From Gemmatimonadaceae bacterium (lineage in GTDB: Bacteria; Gemmatimonadota; Gemmatimonadetes; Gemmatimonadales; Gemmatimonadaceae): a stretch of 64,000 bases of DNA. The number at the start of each line of letters is the position of its first letter. The stretch's first letter is position 1. Below the pieces are notes generated by a model. That model did not search any database. It saw nothing but the letters and a program-made list of their open reading frames with translations, and was not told the origin of the DNA. Location: the NCBI GenBank assembly GCA_044224875.1, contig JBGAJQ010000001.1, forward strand, positions 192,001-256,000, read 5' to 3'. The position numbers and the translations under genes were made by a program. Positions 10,080-19,237 of this stretch are shown here, piece by piece.

Positions 10080-11435
10080 ATGAACGCTCTTCTCACGGAG
10101 CCAAACACTTTGGGTGGTCACCGGACTCCAACGACTCTCCGATGGCTGAAGGTCGGCGCTCTTCTCGCGTCGCATGCCTGCGCGAGTGGAGCGTCCATCC
10201 TTCCCATTTCTTCTGGGACCGGACCCAATCCGGACTTGCCGCGTCCACATCGGTCACTGATTCCGACGATCGCGGTTGCACCGGCTAGGCCATGGCAACC
10301 AGGGGAAGCGCCCACGAGTCCATCCGGACTCGAGGTCTCCGCCTTCGCACGCGGACTCGCGCATCCACGCTGGCTTCTCACGCTGCCTAACGGCGACATC
10401 CTGGTCGCCGAAACAAACGCCCCTGACCGGCCGAAGGATGCGACCGGTGTTCGCGGATGGTTCTTCCGGCATTTTCAGAAACGAGGTGGGGGAACCGCCC
10501 CCTCGGCGAACCGGATTCGGCTGCTTCGCGACTCTGACGGGGACGGCGTCGCCGACGTCTCAACGATCTTCGCACGAGACCTGAACTCCCCGTTCGGTAT
10601 GGTCTTGGTTGGTGACCGACTATTCATTGCAAACACAGACGCGATCGTGTCCTTGCCGTACCATACCGGCGACACCATCAGCGGCGATGCCCCTCAACCA
10701 TTGTTGGCGCTGCCGGCCGGCGCGCGGAATCACCACTGGACCAAGAGCCTGCTGGCGTCCCCCGACGGTCGGAAGCTGTACGTGGGTATCGGTTCCAATA
10801 GCAACGCTGCGGAACATGGCCTCGCTGAGGAAGCGGAGCGAGCGCGGATCTGGGAAGTCGACATCGCAACGGCCAGGCAGCGGACTTTCGCCTCAGGTCT
10901 TCGCAATCCGGTTGGTCTCACGTGGCGAGACTCCACGTTGTGGGTGGTGGTGAACGAACGCGACGAGCTGGGCAATGACCTCGTCCCTGACTACCTCACG
11001 TCGGTGCACGATGGCGCCTTCTATGGATGGCCGTATGGCTACTTCGGGGCTCATGTGGATGAACGCGTCAAGCCGTTACACGCGGACTCTGTGGAGAAGG
11101 CGCTGCGCCCCGACTACGCCCTCGGCGCCCACACGGCGTCGCTCGGCCTCGTGGACAGTCACGGGAATCAACTCGGCGCGCCCTTTCAAGACGGCGTCTT
11201 CATCGGACAGCATGGGTCGTGGAATCGCAAGCCACCCAGTGGCTACCGCGTCATCTTCGTTCCATTTGCCAATGGCAGGCCGAGTGGCATGCCATTGGAT
11301 GTCTTGAGTGGGTTTCTCTCATCGAAGGGCGAAGCTCGAGGCCGACCTGTCGGTGTAGCCATTGACGCGAAAGGCGCATTGTTGGTAGCGGATGACGTCG
11401 GCAACACTATCTGGCGTCTCACCCGAAGGCCCTGA
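10080..11435 (+). CDS. L-sorbosone dehydrogenase family (PQQ-dependent sugar dehydrogenase)
   Basis: GLAHPRWL, NHHWTK, GLRNPVG, VNERDELG, HGSWNR, GRPVGV. Confidence 0.9.
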   Translation: MNALLTEPNTLGGHRTPTTLRWLKVGALLASHACASGASILPISSGTGPNPDLPRPHRSLIPTIAVAPARPWQPGEAPTSPSGLEVSAFARGLAHPRWLLTLPNGDILVAETNAPDRPKDATGVRGWFFRHFQKRGGGTAPSANRIRLLRDSDGDGVADVSTIFARDLNSPFGMVLVGDRLFIANTDAIVSLPYHTGDTISGDAPQPLLALPAGARNHHWTKSLLASPDGRKLYVGIGSNSNAAEHGLAEEAERARIWEVDIATARQRTFASGLRNPVGLTWRDSTLWVVVNERDELGNDLVPDYLTSVHDGAFYGWPYGYFGAHVDERVKPLHADSVEKALRPDYALGAHTASLGLVDSHGNQLGAPFQDGVFIGQHGSWNRKPPSGYRVIFVPFANGRPSGMPLDVLSGFLSSKGEARGRPVGVAIDAKGALLVADDVGNTIWRLTRRP

Positions 11436-11528
11436 CGCCAACGCCAGCGCCTAACGAACGTCCCATCCATCGAACCGAGGGGCGTGATCGCAACAAACTC
11501 TGGGTCTTCGCTCGCGAGCGGTTAGAGG

Positions 11529-11562
11529 AAAGGGCCACGGCGCACGTGCGCCGTGGCCCTTT
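11529..11562. terminator. Perfect 34-bp palindrome, probable terminator hairpin
   Basis: AAAGGGCCACGGCGCAC|GTGCGCCGTGGCCCTTT is its own reverse complement; lies ~95 nt after the dehydrogenase stop. Confidence 0.6.
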
Positions 11563-11838
11563 GCGATCGCAGATGTGCGTGTGTACTAGTCCTTCGGAGG
11601 AGGTGGCACCTTTGCTCCCTTCCTCACGAAAGGCGTACCACTTCGAGACTACGCGGAAAAGACCCTCTCGGGAAATCGCGCCTACGGCGAGTGCAGGGCA
11701 TGTTCACCTCGTAGCCGTCCGAGTCTACCTCTTCATGCTCGTGACCAGGCGATCATCACGATGTCGCGATGTACTCGCCCGGCCAACCAACACGCACTCG
11801 CCAACATCGTTCTCCTGATCTTCCAACCGGAGTTTCTC

Positions 11839-12462
11839 ATGAGAGAACACACCTTTCGCTCCATCGCGCGCATAACAGGCGGTGCCCTAACGATCGGGCT
11901 CACGATACTCGCCTGTGGCCGCCGTGGGCACGACAACATGGATAGTGCGAATGCCGCGATGGCGCCGGCGGCGGCCATGCGGGACTCGACTCCCAATCCC
12001 GCACTGACCGACGCGCAAATCGTACAGATCGCAATGGTCGCAAACGCCAATGACAGTGCGGGTGGCGTTCTCGCCAGCTCCAAAGCCACCGCTGCCGACG
12101 TCAAGTCCTTCGCACGTACGATGGTGCGTGACCATGGCATGCTCAACAAGAAGCTCGAGGCCCTCGCCATCGAGCTGTCGCTGACCCCGGATTCGTCCGA
12201 GGCATCGATGCGTATGGCAGCAGATGGTGCAGCGAGTGCTGCCCGTCTACAAAGCCTGTCGAGTTCGGAGTTTGACAGCGCGTATATGGATCAGGAAGTC
12301 TCGGCCCACGAACGAGTGCTGTCGGACCTCAAGGAGACGCTGATTCCCGCCGCACAGAACAGTGAGCTGAAGAGCCTTCTACAGCAGGCAAGCGACGCCG
12401 TTGACGGTCACCTGCAGCGTGCTCGCACGGTGCAGCAGGCTCATCGCACCGCGGCGCAGTGA
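11839..12462 (+). CDS. DUF4142 domain lipoprotein
   Basis: GGAG RBS, lipobox LTILAC, VKSFARTMVRDH, FDSAYMDQEVSAH. Confidence 0.85.
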   Translation: MREHTFRSIARITGGALTIGLTILACGRRGHDNMDSANAAMAPAAAMRDSTPNPALTDAQIVQIAMVANANDSAGGVLASSKATAADVKSFARTMVRDHGMLNKKLEALAIELSLTPDSSEASMRMAADGAASAARLQSLSSSEFDSAYMDQEVSAHERVLSDLKETLIPAAQNSELKSLLQQASDAVDGHLQRARTVQQAHRTAAQ

Positions 12463-12585
12463 CAGGTCGAGGCCCGCGACTCGCAAGAATGCGCCCAGCC
12501 CCGAACCGCCCCTCATGCTCACTTTCCACGCACCGACGCTAGCTCACGCGCTCCCGGGCATCTGCTGAAAGCTCCTACGGTCGCG

Positions 12586-13296
12586 TCATGTGCGAGGGGT
12601 GTCGAACGACGCTGCCTCGACGACTCGACCGTAGGCCATTCGCACGATGTGAGAAGCAAATGACGCAAGGCGCGAGTCGTGACTAGCGACCACCACGGCC
12701 CTATCGGGATCGCGAGCGGCAGCGTGCAACAACTCGATGACCTCTTGTCCTGCGCGCTCGTCCAGGCTTCCGGTGGGTTCGTCGGCGAGAAGCAGCTCTG
12801 GTTCGTTGGCCAAGGCTCGTGCAATCGCGACACGCTGCTTCTCCCCCCCACTCAACTCCCGTGGTCGAAAGGTGAGCCGCTCGCCCATCCCCAGTTGCAC
12901 CGCCAGCTCCGCTGATCGCACCGATGATTCGGGTCGAAGACACCCAGCAAGATTCATGGGCAGCTCAATGTTCTCGACCACGCTGAGCGCATCCACTAGA
13001 TGAAACGCCTGGAACACGATTCCGACATGCTTCAAGCGATGAGAGGTCAGCGCGGATTGGGACCAGCCCGCCATGTCTGCTTCTCCAAACAGGACCTGTC
13101 CGGCCGATGGGGGAAGAAGACCCGCCATGATCGACAACAGCGTCGTCTTGCCACTTCCACTCGGTCCCACCAACAGTGTCAACCCGCCAGCTCGTACGCT
13201 CAGGTTGATTTCCGAAAGGGCCGTCACGATCGGGGTCCCTGAGCCGCCGAATGTGCGCGCGACGTTCCGAAGTTCTACGACGCTTCGTGGCCTCAT
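12586..13296 (-). CDS. ABC transporter ATP-binding protein (LolD/MacB/DevA-like)
   Basis: Walker [25 protein letters not shown]. Confidence 0.93.
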   Translation of the reverse strand: MRPRSVVELRNVARTFGGSGTPIVTALSEINLSVRAGGLTLLVGPSGSGKTTLLSIMAGLLPPSAGQVLFGEADMAGWSQSALTSHRLKHVGIVFQAFHLVDALSVVENIELPMNLAGCLRPESSVRSAELAVQLGMGERLTFRPRELSGGEKQRVAIARALANEPELLLADEPTGSLDERAGQEVIELLHAAARDPDRAVVVASHDSRLASFASHIVRMAYGRVVEAASFDTPRT

Positions 13297-14432
13297 GCGC
13301 GGAACAGCTCAGCCGGATAGATCCGGGCCACTCGTCGCAATGGAACGAGTGCCCCGATGCAGCCGACGACGACCGCGCCCGCGCTCACCAGCGCGAAGGC
13401 CGGCGCACCGAGTGTCAACACCATCACCGGAACGGCCCTCAGGACGAGTGGTGCACCGACGGTGTAGATCAAGGTCCCAACGAGCACGCCGCCAATCACG
13501 GCACCGAGTGACTGGACCAGGATGAGTCGCGCCAGAAATCCGTCGGGAGCGCCGATGGCCTTGAGCAGGGCGTACTCTTCGCGTCGTTCCAGCACCGAGC
13601 CGTACAGCAGCAACGTGAGAACCGACAATCCCACGACGCCCCCGAGCAGCGCAACCGATGCGAGGATGGGCAACAACCCTCCGCGCAGTTCGCGCATGTT
13701 GTTCTCCGCGAACTCATACTGCGTAAAGACGTTGGTATGTTGGACCTTCCCGCGCAAATGGTCAGCCAGCGTATCAGCAGCCATTCCCGGAGCCGCACGC
13801 ACGAGGAGAAAACTGGCCACCCCACGGAAGCCGAGCAGGGTCCCGGCGTCGTCAATCGGAACGAAGGCGAGCTGTGTGAGCACGGCGTTTGTCCCTCGAC
13901 TTAGTCCGACAAGCGTGAACGGCCGACCTTGAACTTGGAGGGTGTCGCCAATGTGCGCACCGTAGCTTCGCACGAGGGCTTGATCCATGACGATCTCACC
14001 CTGATGCAGCTGCGCCGTACCGGCCACGACCTCCGGGGTTGGGAGGGATGAACGCGGGTCGATTCCGAGAACGATCGCTGTCGTCACCTCGGCTCCGATT
14101 CGTATCGTCGTGATGAGACGAAGCAACGGAGTCACTTCGGCAACCATCGGATCCGCGCGCAAGGACTCCGCTGCCGCGGTGCGGAGGAAGGAGGAGCTCT
14201 TGATGAAATTCGTGGTGTTGTCTTGCGTGACCCATGCATGCGACGGGCGCGACGCGATGTAGCCGTTCGACTCTATCCGGACGCCGTGGTACAACGCGAG
14301 CAGGAAGAGCATGAGCACGACCGCAAAACCCACGCCGGTGATCGTGATGGCAAAGCGCAGCCTGTCGTGAGCAATCAATCGGCGGCCAAGAGGCACGCGG
14401 CGCGCTGGACGAATTCGTTCCAGCGGACTCAC
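13293..14432 (-). CDS. ABC transporter permease (FtsX/MacB/DevC-like)
   Basis: One N-terminal TM, a periplasmic domain and three C-terminal TMs with ERREEYALLKAIGA; GTG 14432 overlaps the upstream TGA. Confidence 0.88.
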   Translation of the reverse strand: MSPLERIRPARRVPLGRRLIAHDRLRFAITITGVGFAVVLMLFLLALYHGVRIESNGYIASRPSHAWVTQDNTTNFIKSSSFLRTAAAESLRADPMVAEVTPLLRLITTIRIGAEVTTAIVLGIDPRSSLPTPEVVAGTAQLHQGEIVMDQALVRSYGAHIGDTLQVQGRPFTLVGLSRGTNAVLTQLAFVPIDDAGTLLGFRGVASFLLVRAAPGMAADTLADHLRGKVQHTNVFTQYEFAENNMRELRGGLLPILASVALLGGVVGLSVLTLLLYGSVLERREEYALLKAIGAPDGFLARLILVQSLGAVIGGVLVGTLIYTVGAPLVLRAVPVMVLTLGAPAFALVSAGAVVVGCIGALVPLRRVARIYPAELFRA

Positions 14433-16030
14433 GGGTTGGCGCCCGACACGCCGAGTAGCACCTGAGGTTTCGCGCCACCGAGTCGACCGCGCAGCCCCGA
14501 CAAGACGGCAAGCTCCGATTCGGCCGGGACGAACACGACACGAACACGTTGCAGCTGACCGAGGCGACGAGCGAGGGCGTAGTGCGGGTTCGCACCGAGT
14601 GCGTCTTCCAGACGGGCGCACAAGATCTCTGCGGACTGGTCGTCACCATCGACGGAAACCAGCAGCTCATAACCGGCCCCCTCGGGCGACGAGTGGGCGC
14701 GCAAGGCCGCATACCGCGGACGGAAGACTTCGGGCCACAGTGATCGGAGCACTTCAGCCACAAATGGCTCGCTCAGCTTTTCACCGCGAAGGTCACTTAC
14801 GTGTCCAAGACGTCCGAGAAAGCGCAGTGAGGGAGTCGCAGCGACGTGACCGGTGCACTCCACCAGGTCGCCCAGCCGATAGCGCCACAAGCCACCACCG
14901 TTCGTGAGGACTACCTCGTAGTGCGCGCCTCGTTCGAGCTCATGCGCGCCCCGGGCGCTTCCCGCAGCATCCAGGAACTCGAAGAAATGAGAGGTGACGG
15001 CAAGTAGATGCGTCCCGGCGAACGGAATTGTCACAACACCCTCCGTGGCCAGGAGACCCTTTGCCTGCACCAGAACACCTGGAAGGCGTTGGGTGAGTGC
15101 ACGCCACCCAGATTCGGCGGCTTGCTCTCCCCAACAACTCACCACCTGCAAACGTTCCCACCAGCGCGTCCAATCCCCAGGGCCAACGTGCTGCAGCTCC
15201 CGGCTTCTCCCGGGATCCGCGGTTCTTAGCCACACGGCGCGGGTGTCTGCTGGCAACGCAGTCACCCAATCGCACTCCCCCGTTGCTATCGCCTCCAGCA
15301 GGGCGGGCCAGTGCAGCTCCGCCGCCTGCAACATGAGGTCCAGGTAGCTGGGGTGCCAGACTGAAATGAGTCGCAGATCTCGCTGCCGCAGCAGGGCGAG
15401 AAGGGACAGCATCCAGAATGCCGATGTCTCGCGCACGTGGCGCACGGAGGATGGTACAGCCATCACCTGGCGTACCAGCCACGATGCCGCACCACCGAGA
15501 TACTCGGCGTCGTCGGCGAAGCCAACGGGGGGCTGAGCTGACGGCGCACGGTCTTCGGCGTCATCATCCGCAAGTGGTGAAATAGCCCAGTACGCGGGAC
15601 CGCCCAGGAGTCGCGGACGCTGACGTGCGAGGTCGATCATCCATGGGCCCACGGCCGCATCGAAGGCCGCCTGAAGGCCAGCGGTGAAGGGAATCAGCTT
15701 TCGAGCGCCGGTCGACCCGCTTGTTGGCGCGAGGTGCGACACCCGTCCACACGCCAGCACGTTGGACTCCCCTCGCCGCACTCGCATCACCGACTGCTCG
15801 ATGCCCGCATAGTCGGTGAGTGGCACCTGCCGGCGATACTGCACCACCGATTCGATCGAGCCAAAGTCCATCGTGCTACCGATGCAGCTGGAGGCGTGGG
15901 CTCGAAGCTGGGTGATGAGCCATTGCTCCTGCACTCGCTTCGGATCACGCAGCGCACGACCGAAGCGCAGATACGCCGGATAGCTTCGCGCCATCCATAG
16001 TGAATTGGCGAGCGTAGATGCGTGCTTCAT
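14429..16030 (-). CDS. GH3-family acyl-adenylate/amido ligase
   Basis: PTSGSTGARKLIP, LATEG, GGLWRYRLGD, GEKLSE; ATG 16030 overlaps the upstream TGA. Confidence 0.88.
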   Translation of the reverse strand: MKHASTLANSLWMARSYPAYLRFGRALRDPKRVQEQWLITQLRAHASSCIGSTMDFGSIESVVQYRRQVPLTDYAGIEQSVMRVRRGESNVLACGRVSHLAPTSGSTGARKLIPFTAGLQAAFDAAVGPWMIDLARQRPRLLGGPAYWAISPLADDDAEDRAPSAQPPVGFADDAEYLGGAASWLVRQVMAVPSSVRHVRETSAFWMLSLLALLRQRDLRLISVWHPSYLDLMLQAAELHWPALLEAIATGECDWVTALPADTRAVWLRTADPGRSRELQHVGPGDWTRWWERLQVVSCWGEQAAESGWRALTQRLPGVLVQAKGLLATEGVVTIPFAGTHLLAVTSHFFEFLDAAGSARGAHELERGAHYEVVLTNGGGLWRYRLGDLVECTGHVAATPSLRFLGRLGHVSDLRGEKLSEPFVAEVLRSLWPEVFRPRYAALRAHSSPEGAGYELLVSVDGDDQSAEILCARLEDALGANPHYALARRLGQLQRVRVVFVPAESELAVLSGLRGRLGGAKPQVLLGVSGANP

Positions 16031-16770
16031 GGCGCGCTCGCGTGCACCATCCGTCCGCCGGCGCGCGTGAGGTTGGCGTCCGAGAGCTCCGTCAGGCACA
16101 CCAACTCGTCCCCATCTGCATGCCCGGGATTGCGCTCCAGGAAGAATTGCACGTGCGGGTCCCGTTGGCGACCTTCGGGCGGGGATGCCAGGTGTTCACG
16201 CAACCGCTGCGGGTGGGGAAATCGAACTACACCTCGCTCGGCGTCGAAACATGAACCGAAACGAGCCCGCGCCAGATGAAGGAGGAGCCCCGACACGTCC
16301 TCTGGTGTTGCCGCATCATACCGAGGCCAGAATTGCCGCCAAAACACCGGCAGGAAGCGGTAGGTTCGAAATCCCGACGATAGCAGCAACCAGTACCATG
16401 GCACTGTCGCGCATTCTGCCTGCAACTCTCGCACGAGCCGAATCCAGCCACGCGCCAGCGCAGGCGACCCCCACGCTTCGCGCGCCACGATCGTGTCCCC
16501 CGAGTACACGACGCGCATGTGCGACTCTCCGACTCGCGCCTCGTACAGCTGCAACGTCGTAAAGCCCACCAGCTGGTGGCCGTGAAAAATCCGCAAGGCC
16601 CATTCCTTCTCCTCCAGGTCGTTGCGGAATTGCGCTGGTGTCACTCCCTCGAAGTGACATTGGAGCAGGTCGTACATCTCCATACACTCCGCGGGACTCA
16701 AGGCGTCACGGCGCGTCGCGATCGTCTGCGCGGTTCGTGACTCAGCGACTCGGACGGATTCGCTCGTCAC
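16027..16770 (-). CDS. Conserved hypothetical, GNAT-like acyltransferase fold
   Basis: LVGFTT...VVYSGDTIVAREAWGS, YWLLLSSGFRTYRFL, FFLERNPG; coupled to both neighbours. Confidence 0.6.
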   Translation of the reverse strand: MTSESVRVAESRTAQTIATRRDALSPAECMEMYDLLQCHFEGVTPAQFRNDLEEKEWALRIFHGHQLVGFTTLQLYEARVGESHMRVVYSGDTIVAREAWGSPALARGWIRLVRELQAECATVPWYWLLLSSGFRTYRFLPVFWRQFWPRYDAATPEDVSGLLLHLARARFGSCFDAERGVVRFPHPQRLREHLASPPEGRQRDPHVQFFLERNPGHADGDELVCLTELSDANLTRAGGRMVHASAP

Positions 16771-17903
16771 AACAAACCCACTTCCGGACGGAAGAGCCGT
16801 CCATCCCAGTCCTCCCGGACAGGTGTTGCTGCCCCGATGGCAACCTCGAACAACGTGGTGCGATACTCGCGCGGCTTGAGCAGTCGTCGGAGCATCGCAA
16901 GCTCAGGGTCTCGAGCATCCCGGGCGACCGTCAGCCACGACACATCGGCGGCAAGTTCCCGAAGTGCCTGCCACAAAGTCGGCCAGTCGTCGACATTGAC
17001 CGCCGTCGCCGAGAAGAGTGCGCCGACGGAGAGGCGCTGGCCGGGCGCCGGCAGGGTCGGCAGTCCCCGCGTCGCCTGCAGTGCATTGATGAATGGCCGC
17101 GACAGCCGCAACCACCAGCCATATCCGTCAACGAACGTTTGCCGGAACGACTGCTGGTTCCAGACGGCGCCGGCGGCCACGACGCGCCCTTGGCGCCGAA
17201 TCACGGAAAAGTCTGTCGCCTTCACGCCATGATGCTGGAGGGCGTCCCACCGGTCAGCGTTCCACGGCAAGCCCAACTGCACACATGACCCCTGCCGCTG
17301 AAGAAACTCCGTCAGCTCCGACTCTCGTTCCTTGATGAACGCCGGATCCTCCGATGTGGGGCGTTGCCGTTCCACGGCGCGCGTCCGAGGAACTGGAGCG
17401 ACCAATGTGACCAGACGTGAGATCGGACGATACACCGGCAGTCCAAGTCGGCCGCCGTGTTCCAGCACTCGGCGTGCACGGTCGTTGTCATCCGCAATGC
17501 TGGTCACGAACCGTTCCACGCCGAGCACCTCCGTGCATTCGGCGAGGAACGCGTAGCCGTCGCGCAGCAAACGTGGCGACGCCTGAGTACTCGGCGTCAC
17601 CCGCAACTCCCCCAGGTAGCCCACGCGTTGCGGCTGACCGTTGACGAACATCGTCAGGACGCTGCACCGACCCACGGCGACGAGTGCTCCAGCGCGACGC
17701 GCGATGATCGTGACATCGGAGGCCCCGGCGAGTCCCTCGCCGGCGAAGTAGTTCGGTTCGCGGGTAAAGGCGACCCGAACCGCGCCGGGAATCACCGAGT
17801 GACGCAGGAGTGCGCGCACGTCGGCCTCGTCGTCTGCTGTGGCGACGGATAGGGTCGTCCCGTTTGGCCGACTTAGCGTGCGGGTAGCAGTGCTCCCTGC
17901 CAC
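16767..17903 (-). CDS. GNAT-like protein (probably tandem GNAT)
   Basis: FTREPNYF, VNGQPQRVGYLGELRV; GTG 17903 with GGAG RBS. The longer ORF-track start lies inside the rSAM gene. Confidence 0.65.
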   Translation of the reverse strand: MAGSTATRTLSRPNGTTLSVATADDEADVRALLRHSVIPGAVRVAFTREPNYFAGEGLAGASDVTIIARRAGALVAVGRCSVLTMFVNGQPQRVGYLGELRVTPSTQASPRLLRDGYAFLAECTEVLGVERFVTSIADDNDRARRVLEHGGRLGLPVYRPISRLVTLVAPVPRTRAVERQRPTSEDPAFIKERESELTEFLQRQGSCVQLGLPWNADRWDALQHHGVKATDFSVIRRQGRVVAAGAVWNQQSFRQTFVDGYGWWLRLSRPFINALQATRGLPTLPAPGQRLSVGALFSATAVNVDDWPTLWQALRELAADVSWLTVARDARDPELAMLRRLLKPREYRTTLFEVAIGAATPVREDWDGRLFRPEVGLL

Positions 17904-19237
17904 GCCTGGTCTCCAAGAGGATAGTGATCGCGAAGGCTCACGTCGTCGCGATGCATGGCGTTGATGAGATAGAAATTCCGCCACATGAACGCATTGCTGC
18001 GATTGACAGCGTGCAGCCCGCGGCGCAGGATGCTTGGCCATCCATAGAAGCGTCGTCGTGCGGAGAGGCACGCTCGCTGCAACTCGTCTGCACTCATGCC
18101 GCGCGGATGGAAGGGAATGCGATTGTAGCTGTACCGTTCGTCGAGCCACCAGGCGTCGTACAACAGGCGCCCCTCGCGCTCGAGGCGCTGATACAACGGC
18201 GTGCCAGGAAACGGCGTCAGGTGATTGAAGGCCGCGATATACAGTCCATGCGATTCCGCGAAGTCGACCGTTGGGTTGAAGCTGTCGGGCGTGTCCCCAT
18301 CGTACCCGAAAATGAATGTCCCGTACACCCGTATGCGATGGCGGCGCAGGTTCGCCAGCGCACCCTCGAACCCACCCTTCGCCGTGTTGAAGCGCTTGTT
18401 CATCGCGTCCAGATTGGCGGGGTTCAAGCTCTCGAATCCGATGAGCACTCCCTGACACCCACTCCGCACCAGCAGATCGAGAAACTCCTCATCGTGGGCG
18501 GCGTTTATGCTGGCTTGACTGACCCATCGCACGCCAACGGGGATGAGGGCGCGAAAGAACTCCTTCGCCTGTCGCAGGTTCGACGTGATGTTATCGTCGA
18601 CAAAGAAGAACAACTTGCGCGAATCCTTCAGTGCGCGGATCTCGTCGAGGATCTGGTCGATCGGCCGGCGGGTTTGCGTAGAGTCGAATACGGTCTGCAC
18701 CGCGCAGAACTCACATTGGAAATGACATCCGCGCCCCGCCTCGACGAGCCCGATCGGCAAGTACCGCTTTCCCTGGAAGATTGACCGATCTGGGCGCAGC
18801 CCGTCCAACGATGGTCGGCCGGACGCGCGATAGAACTCCTGCAGCCGCCCATGCCGCGCATCGTCGACCACCGTCGGCCACAACTTCTCGGCTTCACCAA
18901 CAACCACGGACTCGGCGTACCGGCTGACCTCATCCGGGCACAAGGCCGCATGAAATCCGCCCATCACCACCGGGACGCGCCTGCGCCGGTACTCGCTGGC
19001 AATCTGGTACGCGCGCTTAGCCGTGTACGTCTCGACGCTGATCGCCACGAGGTCCGTCGGCTCGTCGAATGGGATCTCCTCCATGCGGTCATCGTAAAAC
19101 GCAACGTCAACGTCCTTCGGCGTAAGCCCCGCAAGGGTGGCCGCGGGGAGCGGTTCCATCTGCCACGTGCGAATGTACTTCTGGCCCGGACGGCGGCCGA
19201 TGCACGGATGCACGATGGTCACCCGCATGCGCTTCAT
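17873..19237 (-). CDS. Cobalamin-binding radical SAM protein
   Basis: N-terminal B12-binding-like domain (EPLPAATLAG...VVMGGFH) plus RGCHFQCEFC (CxxxCxxC) and TPFPGTPLY. Confidence 0.92.
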   Translation of the reverse strand: MKRMRVTIVHPCIGRRPGQKYIRTWQMEPLPAATLAGLTPKDVDVAFYDDRMEEIPFDEPTDLVAISVETYTAKRAYQIASEYRRRRVPVVMGGFHAALCPDEVSRYAESVVVGEAEKLWPTVVDDARHGRLQEFYRASGRPSLDGLRPDRSIFQGKRYLPIGLVEAGRGCHFQCEFCAVQTVFDSTQTRRPIDQILDEIRALKDSRKLFFFVDDNITSNLRQAKEFFRALIPVGVRWVSQASINAAHDEEFLDLLVRSGCQGVLIGFESLNPANLDAMNKRFNTAKGGFEGALANLRRHRIRVYGTFIFGYDGDTPDSFNPTVDFAESHGLYIAAFNHLTPFPGTPLYQRLEREGRLLYDAWWLDERYSYNRIPFHPRGMSADELQRACLSARRRFYGWPSILRRGLHAVNRSNAFMWRNFYLINAMHRDDVSLRDHYPLGDQAWQGALLPAR

